DNA of 64,000 nucleotides from NCBI GenBank assembly GCA_012026655.1, contig JAAILG010001487.1, forward strand, positions 1 through 64,000. The letters are read 5' to 3'. The stretch comes from Hydrolagus affinis. Taxonomy: Eukaryota. The notes under the pieces were generated by a model, which saw only the letters and a program-made list of their open reading frames with translations, had not been told where the DNA came from and searched no databases. Made by a program: the position numbers and the translations under genes. Shown here one piece after another: positions 28,561 to 40,590 of the stretch (the first letter of the stretch is position 1; every line of letters starts with the position of its first letter).

Positions 28561-28882
28561 TAATAATAATCCTTTCATTTGATATATCACTTTTCACATC
28601 TTATTGACGTCTCAAAGCACTTCACAGAATATACTGCAAAGTGAATTGACTGTATATTTTGTGGGCGAAATGCTGCAGCCAATTGCGCACAACAGTGTCC
28701 CACAAACAGTCGTGGATTGAAATGACCAATTTTTTTTATTACTATATTGTGTTTTTGGAAGGATTATTTTTAGGCGTGTGGAGTAAGGAAACTTGCCCAA
28801 GGTTTCGCACTGATCTGCCTCAATTCGAACACGGATCTCATGCTTCTAAGGCAAGTGCTCTAACCACTGAGCTGCAGGAGCT
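28561..28882 (-). mobile_element. Full-length tRNA-derived SINE (short family)
   Basis: Reverse complement of the 20407 family. Confidence 0.88.
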
Positions 28883-29511
28883 AAGAGATTCATTAGTAGA
28901 TTGTGGCTGAACGAACAAATCTTACCACTTTATATCCACCATAACTGAGGTGAAACAATCACAATGTTGGGTACCAAATGACTGGTTTTGATGGTGCCTC
29001 CATGATAAATCAATAATTGGGGAGTCCCGTCTGGTCTAACTCTGAGGTGTGTTTAGTGGGAGAAGGTAGTGTGTGAACTTGCCCACATTAAGGGAACCAC
29101 TGCAGTCCTTATAGATGTCAGTGCTGTGTCCAGGTCTAATCTCTTACCTTGGGGTGAGGTAAGAGAAAGCCTACTGTGAGTATATTTTACCAACTGGAGA
29201 AGGTTGTGGTAAGAACTATTTTGGCTCATTATTTACTCTTTAATCGTATCTCCTTTGAGCGAAACCCAGTTTCACTATCTCGGCCTCTTTCTATGTATTC
29301 AAAGTCCACAATCTTTCTCACAATCTCTTTCCTATTATTTGTTCGTGGCTTCACTCCATTTACCCTATGTTGTTTACACCTCCATCTCTATCATTTTATG
29401 CCTTTGATAGGTTTCTCATCAGCCGATGCCCTGACTGCCTCTAATATGCTGCAACATTTTCCTCGAGGTTTCTCCCACGTTCTATTTTAGACTTGGCTCT
29501 CAGCCTCAGTG

Positions 29512-29513
<2 letters not shown>

Positions 29514-29546
<33 letters not shown>
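29514..29546. repeat. (CT)n microsatellite
   Basis: Seen directly in the sequence. Confidence 0.9.
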
Positions 29547-29548
<2 letters not shown>

Positions 29549-31074
29549 ATGTGAAGATATCATTCTATCATTGATTTGGCCTTTTTTTTCTCCAATTTAT
29601 GGTGTTGAATCTCTGTGGCTTCAAAAGAGATTATCAGCAGTTGGTTGGATGACTCTCAACAAAAACAACAATACATTTGTATAGCATCTTTCACGTCGGG
29701 AGGAAGTCTTATATACCAGGTAGATGGTGCGTTTGCAGAGGGAGTCGGATTAAAGTGAAGGCTTCATTCTTGCTTGTCTTGTTTGTTTCAGTGACTAACT
29801 GGAAAAAATGCACAAACGGTTCTAGATGAGGGACCAGAATAGAGTGGAAAGAAATAAAAAAAATCTCCGCAGCCTCTTTCTAGTTATATCTTACCCCCTA
29901 GAGAATTACTAACCAGCTTTGGATGTGGTTCGCTGGTATATTTGCATACTGTGCTATACTTGAGATCTTTATTGAGGGAGAGGACACTACAATATAATAC
30001 AAATTTACATTTAGATAGGGCCTTTCATGTCTGGAGTGCATTCCCAGGCCCTTAACAACCTTGGCTTGGTACTCGGTGAGGGAGATGGGAGGGAGATGAT
30101 GAGTAATGCTGTCAAAGAGCCAGGTATTGAGACGGATCAGGCACCTGGTGAGAGAGGGTCAGCTGGGGGTATTTGGGTATGGAGTTTAAAAGCACATTAC
30201 ATTAAGCAAACTCTTGGGCTGCCTCAATTCTGATGGCTATTGAGTGCTTTAGTCTCGCTTTTATTTATAACAATAAATAGTCGCGTTCCGCCCGCAAAGT
30301 AAACAGTCAATTCACTTTACAGTGTATAGCATTCTGTGAAGAACTTTGCGATGCCTTGAACATGTGATAAGGCGTTATTATCGAATGCCAAGGATTATTA
30401 TTAGTTCAGCTGGAAGGCTTTCATCTGAACCAATCTTGACACTGTAGGTTCTATATAACAAATACAGTACAAATGTTATTGCTATTGATGGTATCATCGC
30501 TCTCTGGATTTCTCACCTCCATCATGGGGTTGTTGCTTGAATCTCCTTGCTGCTGTTATTGGGAGTAGAAGGATATTGCGGTGGCTGACCATTTGCGCAT
30601 TGACCTTGGAGAGATCAGTGATCTGTGTAATGGGACCTTCCAGGCCGAAGGTCTACTGTGCTGTGAAACGTTGCTCAGAATTCTGGGTGGGTTTGAAGCA
30701 AAACAGACACTGTACGTATCGGTCTTGCTATCAGCCAAATTCTGGGGAAAGTTCCGAACAGAACATTTGGAAAACAAACCGCTCACAGCGAGGTCCGAAT
30801 TGGTGGAATGCATTACAGGAAGGATGTGTGAGGGAGCATTCCTGCAGTGGAGAGGAGCGATCCAGTGTGCTTCACAATCGGAGTGCTTGGCAGGAGAATG
30901 TGCTTGTGAGTTGTACTGATGATGTCTCTGAGGGCCTCTATCTTGGAAATTGCATTTTCTTCCCAATTTTCTGCCCTTACACTCCTCACATCTCCACACA
31001 GTGTTTGGAAGACTGGAGCGCGTCAGAATTCCCTACACTGGCTTTTGGGATTTACTACCGTTCGGGTGATGATG

Positions 31075-31401
31075 ATAATAATCTTTGCATTGGATGTAGC
31101 ACTTTTCACGTCTTCTAGATGTCTCAAAACGCTTCACAGAATATACATACTGTAAAGTGAACAAACTATATATTTGTGGGTGAAACACGGCAGCCAGTTG
31201 CACACAGCAGTGTCCCACAAACAGTCGTGGATTGAAATGATCAATTTCTTATAGGTTTTTTTTTGGACAGATTATTACTATTAGGTGTGTGTGTGTGGAG
31301 TAAAGAAACTTGCCTAAGGTTTCGCCCTGACCTGGCTGGATTCGAAACACAGGCCTCACATTTGTAAGGCGACTGCTCTAACCACTGAGCTACAGGACTC
31401 C
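31075..31401 (-). mobile_element. Full-length tRNA-derived SINE (short family)
   Basis: Same family; A/B boxes at the right end. Confidence 0.88.
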
Positions 31402-33589
31402 ACTGTGGACTCCATTTATTGTGATGAGAACTGGGCAAGTGATTACTTTGCCGTCAAATATCCAAGGGACGAGTTAGCTTCTTCTATGTTTTGATGCTGC
31501 AGCGCAGTACTGTATTGGATGAGCTCTGGGTTGCCAGAGATTTACAAAGGAGCTTGTGGTTCTGCCTTCCCTGGTCTACAATGAATTGGACAGTCAGTGT
31601 GTGGCATTTTGCTATGCGCAAAAAGAGCTCCTGCGTTATCCCAACGAAAACTGTAATAATAAAAAATAAATAAATATAATATATACACACAACTAAAAAA
31701 TTTAGTGTGAAGCATTATGTGATGATTTGCTGTGATCAAGTCCTATCAAAATGTTCTTTTGTGTAAGTTTACAGTGCTATTCCTCGTTAGTTGTTTGCCT
31801 ATTCAAGCGCTCTGAGATGCCGTCCGGCGTGGAGGGCACTATATAAATCGAAGTAGTTGTTGTTGTATTTAACAGCTGTGAGAGTCTGCATACTGCAATG
31901 TGCATTCAGAGATAGGGTTCTGTAGAATTTCTTTGAGGTTACAATAATAATAATCATACATGCATTTGATATAGAGCCTTATCACGTCATTCAAAGTGCT
32001 TCACAGAATATACTGCAAAGTGGATTGATTGTATTTTCTGCGCGAAACCCATTTGCATACATTTCATGTTTGGTTCAAGTCTGGGCAAGGTTCACGTCAT
32101 TCATTCAGACAAACAGAGCCCAGAGCTGAGGTAGTGAGGAATAAGGAACTAGATTTCAGTTGTGCAAAGACGTTTGAGTGAGTTAATGAAGCTGAAGTGA
32201 ATGCCCAACGACTCTAATCTCTTTCCAAATAGGTGCGTTTCCTGGAAAGCTCCTGAGCTGTATCTGCGGTATTTAGCAGTTTTTAGTGTGGAAAAAAAAA
32301 CTTTAAGGAACCTCTTTCTGCTCTGCGGTTGTTAAGTTACACTGGATCATTTTGTCACGAGAAGAAATGAATGGGTTGGAGTGTGACCAAACAAAACGTC
32401 ACAATTATCACTTGGCTCTTAAAAGCCCTAGAATTGCATTGGAATGTTAACACTGCTCAATAGAGCATTTTCAACCGTGACTAATAATAATAAATAATCC
32501 TTGCAATTGATCCGGTATCCCATCCTGCTGCCGCACTATCTCCGAGCACTTTATAGGATGTTACTGTGAGCCTCCCTGCCTCTGCATTTTGTAGGTGACT
32601 AATCCAATAGACTGTAATCAAGTGAAGGTGAACCTGTGGGTAATATATTCGGACTAATTTCTGATCAATTTTGTGCGGCCTCGGTGATCTGTAACTAAGT
32701 CTGAGACTGACTGACTTACTACAGCAACGGCTAGCATTTATATAGCGCCCTCTATACGGGCCAGTGCCTCAGAGCAGATAGGGTTAAAGGCTCAAAGATT
32801 GGCAGCAGAGCCTTCACCAGACTAGCATTGATGATGGTAAGAATTCTGATTGATCTCGTTGGACACAGACAAAGCTTAATGCTCAAGCTTCAAAAGGTCT
32901 CTTTATTCTGTTTGGAGAGAGATCAGCCTCTGTGCTGGGCTGTCATTTTTATCCTCTGTTCAGTGTTACCAAATGTGACGTCCACTCTGCCGTGTACAGC
33001 TAGAATTTTTCTGATTGAGATTTGAGAGGACCAGAAAATGTGGTCCTTTTGACGGTCACTCAATCAGCCAGGGTTTGTGTGATTGACTGCTGCGCTTTGC
33101 CCACAAACGCGCAGTCGATCCACTTTCCAAGTGCGTTGAGAGACGTCTGCACAATGTGACAAGGCACTATATCAAACGGGAGGATTATTATTCTCATTAA
33201 GCCATGTGTGCGTACATGTATGAGGCCAACCGATTGCTGCTATGGTTGCCCTGGGGTGTGGAGCTGCCCCATAGGGGTGTGGGTGGGGGGGTGGGGAGGA
33301 AGGAGGCTGGACTCTAAATAATCAGATATGTATTTGTAGACTGAAAAATTTACAGGTGTTTGCTCCTTACCTCCTGACATGTCAGATCAACTTCTAGGAT
33401 TCCTGAAGGATTGTACTGAACTCTGCCAGGGAGGAGAGGCCTGGGAGTTGGGCTCCTGTAGAGTATTGGAATCAGGTGCTGTTTAATTGCCAGGAGCTGT
33501 TCACCCGCAGAGCCAGAAACAAGATGTCCTCTTCCCAAGTTTATATTTATTCACTGATATATTCCCTTGCCTTCCTTTCCTGAGTGGAA

Positions 33590-33845
33590 TTGGCGAGTGA
33601 GCCTTCAGTCACTCTGCCCCCAACCTCTGGAATTCCATCCCGAAATCCCTCCGCCTCAACCCTTCCTTGGCCTCCTTCAAGTCTCGCCTCAAGACTCCTC
33701 TTCGATGGACCCATCGGCAACTCCTTCACCCCCCCCCCCCCACCCCCGCCCCATGTCCTCAGCTCAGGTCTGAAGCAGTAACTGTCCAGCACCTTGGGAC
33801 GTCCGCCTGATGTGAAAGGCGCTATACAAATGTAATGTTGTTGTT
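33590..33845 (+). mobile_element. L2-like LINE 3' end (same subfamily as 23445-23680)
   Basis: Closely similar to the 23445-23680 copy. Confidence 0.7.
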
Positions 33846-36800
33846 TGGTTGATCAGTCTGATATTTAGAGAACCCATCACCATGCTCCCAACTCACTTGC
33901 ACGGCAACTGAGTTTGAGATTGCGCAACGTTTGATATGGTGCTCCTGAATGGCAGGAGGCCATTCAGCCCATCGAGCCTGTTCCACAAATTTATCTGATC
34001 CTGGCAGATTCCTCTGCTACCCAGGTATCTGTCTTCAGCGCTCTGAGACTCTACCCTACATGAAGGACACTATATAAATGCAAGTCGTTGTTATCTCTCT
34101 TTTAAACATCCCTATTGATTCTACCTCTACTGATTCATAGGACAAAAGCATTCTACATCTTTACAGTCCTCTGAAACCATTCCCGACCTTGGTTTGAACT
34201 GTCTTGCCTCTGATCTCAAAGGCCTTGCCCACTTCTTTAAACATTGGGAAGAGTCATCTAACTCTCTGACCTGCCTCCATTTTCTTAAATGCCCCAAATT
34301 GAATTGCCCCTTCACCCCCTCTTTTCTGAAGGACAAGCCCCCAGTTTACCCAGCCTCTCACCCCAGCTGAACGATCAGAACATTCCCTTCGTTTCTCAGT
34401 AACCTCATTCTGTCAAGCTCTTTGATACTCTTCTTTTCCATGAAAGGCGTTCTGTAAGTGTAAATACTTGTCTCGACCTCCGCAACTGACTGCTGACAGC
34501 AATTTATTATTTCAGGTCCCAGGAAGAACTTGCTCAGGAAGTAAATAAATAGTTCCTTTCAATTTCCCCCCCCCTTAACTCTTCTTGCGACAATGTTGAA
34601 ATTTTTCCTTGTTACTATCAGTAGACACTACACATCATCCTGTACAATAACAGATAGGCCCTGATGGACAATGTCTAGCCCATGCGATTTCTTGCGTTGG
34701 TAACATTGTACTGAGCTCACGTTTTCTGTACTGACTCTTGCACAGATGCTATGTTTTGGATTGAATGCGGCCTCTTCGCCAAGGAATTATTGCACTTGTG
34801 ATCAGTCCGTGCAGCCTAGCAGCGAGAGAGGTTGGCTACGTGACACAAGGACTAAGGAATGCTAATTAGTCTAATCCACTCTGAATCACTTCCGTGTGAC
34901 TTTCCCCAGGGACTTGCTCGCAATGCGGTGTTTACTTCGTCTTTTGAAACACACACCATTTCTTCTTTCTCAGATCCTGATACTAGAAGTAACTTCCTCC
35001 CTCGTCCCACCCCCGCCACTCCCCCACCCCCTCCCTCTATAACACCAAAACATACAGTGAAATCAACCACTCAAGTTGCTATTCACACCCACAAATATAC
35101 AGTCAATTCACTTTACAGTACATTCTGTGGAATGCTTTGAGACGTCCAGAAGATATGGAAAGCGCTATATCAAATGCAAGGATTATTATTATTGCTATTA
35201 TTATGATCCAGGTGTGAGTTTCCAGGACTGGAAAAGATTACTGTGGACCATTTATCTGGTCTCGTTGTCATTTTGCTGCATTCAACAACAAATGACATTT
35301 GTATAGCGCCTTTCACTTCTGGAGGACCCTGGACAGTCAGGAATATAGATCTGAGCTGGAGATTGGAATCAGGAGGTCAGGAAGGGTAGGGGTAAGAGGG
35401 TGACTGAAGCTGCATTCAGCTGTTCAATCCCTCTCAACCCCCTCACACCCTCACAGATAGTTTCTTCACAAACTGTTATCCATTTCCTTTACGGATTCAG
35501 AGTCTGCCTCTCTGGGTTGTCTCTTCTGTTATTTCAAAGGCTACTTTCAGCCAGTAGGAGTCTGGATAAGATGTTGCTTCTTCTGAGATTTGGCTGAGGA
35601 ATTTTTCCCATTCAGAGTTTCTGGTGAAACTCATTACTGTACAGATTACCACTCTCAGGTCAAAAGAGTTCGAGTAATGTGGAGAATTTCAGGTTTGTGT
35701 CCGCCCTTTTTAATCTAGTGTCACACGAAGTGATGCAGGCAGTTTATTACATTAATTGCTGTACTTTGGCAGTAGATGACTTCATCTGCATTGCAATACC
35801 GTGCGTCGCTGTGCATTTTGCGTACCTTGGTTGTGTAAGTGTGTAGTGTAAATGTTGTCATAAAATCAATGATGTTTCCTGTGTTTACGTGCACTTAGGA
35901 ATTAATCAGTGATAAATTGGAATTAACAATGATAGATAACTTGCTTTGCACTTGCTGCATTTAATTAGAATCCTTCAATTTTCACATCTGGAGATGTCTC
36001 AAAGCGCTTTACAGGATTTACTGTAAATTTAGTGACCGTGTATTGTTTAGGTAAATCAAGCAGCCTTGACCTCCTAAAAGCACAACATTTCATGGAAGCT
36101 TAGCCTGTAAAACGATTTGCCTTTTTAAATTTTAAGATTGTTGCAGAATTGTGAGGAATTCTTAATTTGGAAGCCTTTTAAGAATGCTGGTGTGCAAATC
36201 AATGACCCTGCAGCTCCTACTTAGTCTTTAGCGACTGGTCACATTGCAGTTTAAAGATGAGAGTGCAGGTTACAAACAAAAAAGCCATAACAGAAAAATA
36301 TAACACTGTACTGTGGATTTTATATAAAGGTTCTGGAGTGTCAGCCTCAAAGTCCTCCAAATGTTTCTTGAGAAGAAACATCATTTGTTTTGTGGCTGTT
36401 TTGGGGGACATTGCTTTTGCACAGGTTACCAGCTGAGCATTTGCCTGGCAACACAGAGTCACTGCACAATAAAATCTTGTTTGAGCAAAGCTCTTTGAGA
36501 CGTCCTCCCGACACGCAAAGCCGTACGTGAAAATGCAAGGCTTCATTTTAATTTTGCTGTATAATTGTGCAGAGCCTTAAAGGAGCCTTTACCCAATAGT
36601 TTCCTTGAATAGTCACTCTCCTACCCCTACTTTCCACTGCTCCTGAACCCAACCCCCAGCTCAAGCCAAATACCCTGACTGTCCAGCGCCCTGGGACGTT
36701 CTCTCAACCTGAAAAGGTTGTTGTAAGTTTTTGTTTATAACAACAACAACAAAATTACACTTGTATAGCGCCTTTCATGTCAGAAGGACGTCCCAAGACG

Positions 36801-38089
36801 CTGGACAGTTACTGCTTCAGACCCGAGCTGAGGACAGTGAGAAGACTTGAGAAGATTAAGAAGACCACACACAGCAGCAGTGCGATGTCACCGATCTCCC
36901 TTCTCAGCCTCGCGGTGCGATTGTAAAGTGACTCATGGTGTTTAACTTTGGATGCTGCCCCATTCACATGGCATGGCTCTCCTGCTCCCATTTCCTCTCA
37001 TTAAAACTGCAGCCAAATTAGCATTTGGACTCCCGACAATCTGCAAACACATTTGAATGCCGCAGCAAAGGCAGGATATAAAGCTAGCGGCCTGGAGAGT
37101 AATCCTAGACCCCCTCTGGGATGAAATATCCAATTTTAGAAGCAATTTCGTTCAAGGGGGGGAATAAAAAATTGTTTTTGCCAAGTCGTTGTACAGCGCC
37201 TATTTTTACTGTGTGTTGACAGCTTAAGGTGCGACAGTGATTGGAAATGAAGACAATGCTGAACTGGGGAATGAACATTGAAACATCATTGGCCTCTTTC
37301 TTAATGGTTCCCCTCAATCCTGCTCCAAATAGACTCACGGTTTTTGACGTCTTTGCTGCTTTGTGCATCGCCTGGGAAGAAAGCCATCCACTTTGCTTTT
37401 TGTTTTTCCCCGAGTAAATGATGTTAAGTGACGGTGAATGCAAAGGTTAGAATTTCCTACCACATCTTTGCTGCTTTAACACTGGTGTATGACCCCCATA
37501 TTTCGATATATTCAACCGCCTACAAAAACGCAGTCACTACACTTCACAGTGAAATCCCGCAAAGGGCTCTGAGATGTCCAAATGACATCTGTGCGTATCC
37601 TATGCACTGTCTAAAATGATAACTGTGGTTATTATAAAGCTGCACTGCTCATGCACCAAAAATTATCCAGTTTGCAAGCGTTGCATCTTATTATCTATTG
37701 TAAATACATCTTACATAAGTTTCCGTGTATAGAGACCTTCACAAAATCTACGTGTCTGCATTCTTGAGCGAGTGAGTGGAGTGCTGTCACTATTTATACA
37801 ATAAATCATCAGTTTTATGCTGCCTGAACTCTCCAACCCATTCAATCCTTTTCAGGTGTTTCTGCTTTGTGTTTCCCAGTTACAATGGTTGACATGAAAC
37901 CCAGCTCAGGGTACAAGAATGCTCTTCTGTCTGTTCTTTTATGTGCTTACAAAGAAAGTAGCTACATTTTAGGCAGTAGTTTGCTGCCAATGTCAGAGTG
38001 GTGGGGAGGCCAGCTGGTTTGAAATAGAGAGTCAGATCTGAGTTTGTAACAAAGGAATCTTAGTGATGGGGATCTCTTCTAAGCATTAT

Positions 38090-38890
38090 AGTGATAATAA
38101 TCCTTGCATTTGATGTAGTGCTTTTCACGTCTTCTAGATATCTCAAAAGGCGTCACAGAATGTACTGTAAAATGAATTGACTGTATGTTTTGTGGGCGAA
38201 ACGCGGCAGCCAACTGCTCACAGGCAGTGGATTGAAGTAACCAATTGATTACAGGTATCCCGCCTCGCCAACCACGAAACTCATGTATCCACGGTTCGCT
38301 AAATGCGACAACCCTCGCAAACCGCGTTTTGCGCTTCCGCAATTTAAATCCGCAGGTTTCAATTTTCAAACAGCTAGGACCCAGTTGCGATGTTGCAATC
38401 AACCAGTGACAACGCTTCTCTCTTAGGTAAATACAGTAACATACATTTATTCCCCGTGTGTCTCTATCTCTGTGTACGTCTGTCAGACAGCCCCCCAGCC
38501 CCTCGTGTTAACCCCCCCCGCCCCCACTCTCCGTCTCTCTCTCTCTCTCTCTCTCTCTAAGTCAGACAGCCTGACTGTCTGATTGCTGCAGATGCTGGCA
38601 GCCAACGCACCCATACTTACTCCCCCTATCCCCATCTATGTTATAACTGTATGTGTTTTTTGTGTTTAGTTTTACTAGACGCAAACTTACTCCCCGTATC
38701 CCCATGTTTCCCATAGGGCCCTGCATTTTCCAAACACGATTTTACCAACCACGAAGGTTATAGGAACGTAGCCCTCGTGGTTGGGGAGGGGTGCCTGTAT
38801 TTTGTTTTAGGGATTATTATCAGATGCGTGGAGTAAGGAAACGTGCTGGGAATCTAACCCAGGTCTTTCACTTGCAAGGCGAATTGGCTC
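38090..38890 (-). mobile_element. tRNA-derived SINE (short family) interrupted by a Tigger-like MITE
   Basis: SINE sequence is collinear on both sides of 38252-38797. Confidence 0.8.
38252..38797. mobile_element. Non-autonomous Tc1/mariner-pogo (Tigger-like) DNA transposon (MITE)
   Basis: Imperfect TIRs CAGGTATCCCGCCTCGCCAACCACGA ... TCGTGGTTGGGGAGGGGTGCCTG, TA on both sides, no transposase ORF. Confidence 0.8.
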
Positions 38891-40274
38891 TCTTTCCATC
38901 ACCATCGCCTTGAAGGCAGATTAGCTGGTTGCTCGAGCAACTCTATAATGTTTGTTTGTTCGTTTGGGGAATGGAAATTAAAAAGGACAACTGTAATATT
39001 AAGTTGGACCAGAAAAATCAAAGGATTAGAAAGTACTGTACTGTATTTCCAGTGGAAATGAGATACGCCAATAATCCTTCAATTTATCTGATCTAACCCG
39101 ATAATCTGATCTAAACCAGTCTGTTTCTGGTGCCCCAAATGTAATCATTAATATTAGCCCTGACATCAACCCTGCATTGAAATTGAAGCCCTAATCATGC
39201 GACCCATCTGACATTTGAAATAGTTTATTGGGAGTCTAATTCAGCGTTTGTCGTCAATGCCTCCACCCCGAGGCAGCAAGGCCCTGTGGCTGCACGCTCT
39301 AGTCATCCTGTCAACCTCCATAAATACGCTCCTGATGTTTGTATTGATTTACGCCTTTAATGTCTATCTGTGTTTTTCTTGATGATGGCGGTGGGGCATG
39401 TTCCCCACACACGGGGTGAATTCCACAATCCTTCCATCACAGGCATAGCCGTGTGCTGTGTGTGTGTGTTTTCGTTTCATGTCTGGAATGAGCGTTCGGC
39501 TGCCAAGCTTTTATTTTGCGGTTATCTGAAACCATCTGGAATTGAGTTTTAATGGGGCCACGTTTGAACCACTTGCCTTAAAGAAACCTGAACCAAAGCA
39601 GCTTGCCGTTCACTGGGCCCGTCTTCACTGATGCTAAGAGAGCCGATCGCACAAAGTCTTGTAATGCTTTTAGCTCAGCAGTAAGAAGAGCACATTGAGC
39701 TGCTGCAATGATGAATAGACTTTACTGTGCGTCTTACACAGAACAATTGGAATCCAGGTTTCCCAGGATATCAGTGTATCCTCCGTGGTGCAAAACAGCA
39801 CCTTCTGGCCCTTGTCCAAGCCAGGAATACGAGAGGAAGGGCAACCGATTGCATCCGTGTTCGAGCTCTGAATGTATGTTTAGGGTCAGAACCACTTCTG
39901 TGTAATTATCAAGCTGAATATCTGATCGGTCCTCACAATGTGGGTTTGCGATGACTTGAAATGGAGTCTGAAATGGAACTCAGCGATTGATGGAAGAAGT
40001 GGCTTGATTTACCATGGGATAAGTAGAATCAACCTGGGTTCGCTTGAAGATGCTGAGACTAAGATCAGCTCCTTCTTAGTTAGTAACAGCTCTACAGCTA
40101 TCGAGGGACTATTATCGGAGCTTGTAGAATAGGGAAACTTGCCCAAGGCTTCGCCCTGCCTGGAATCAAACCCAGGTCTCTTGCTTGCAAGGCGAGTGCT
40201 CTAACCACTGAGCTATAGGACTCCACAATGTAGCCAAAGTACATCACTCAATTGGTTTCTTTAAAGTACTATTA

Positions 40275-40590
40275 ATATAATAATCCTTGCATTTGATATA
40301 GCGCATATCATATCTTATCAACGTCTCAAAACGCTTCACAGAATATACTGTAAAGTGAATTCACTGAATATTTGTGGGCAAAACGGGCAGACAATTGCAC
40401 ACAGTAGTGTCTCACAAACAGTCGTGGATTGAAATTACCAATTTTTATTATTGTGTTTTTTTTATGGATTATTATTAAGTGTGTGGAGTACGGAAACTTG
40501 CCCAAGGTTTCGCCCTGACCTGCCTGGGTTCGAACACAGTTCTGACACTTGTAAGGCAAGTGGCTCTAACCACTGAGCTACAGGAGCTCC
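40275..40590 (-). mobile_element. Full-length tRNA-derived SINE (short family); an extra head-only copy lies at ~40131-40225
   Basis: Same family. Confidence 0.88.

Noticed and set aside
30537-31118. 193-aa ORF with overlapping 147-aa and 112-aa ORFs
   Set aside because: No recognisable domain, no ATG start, runs into a SINE tail, and no supporting exon structure. Likely a chance open frame.
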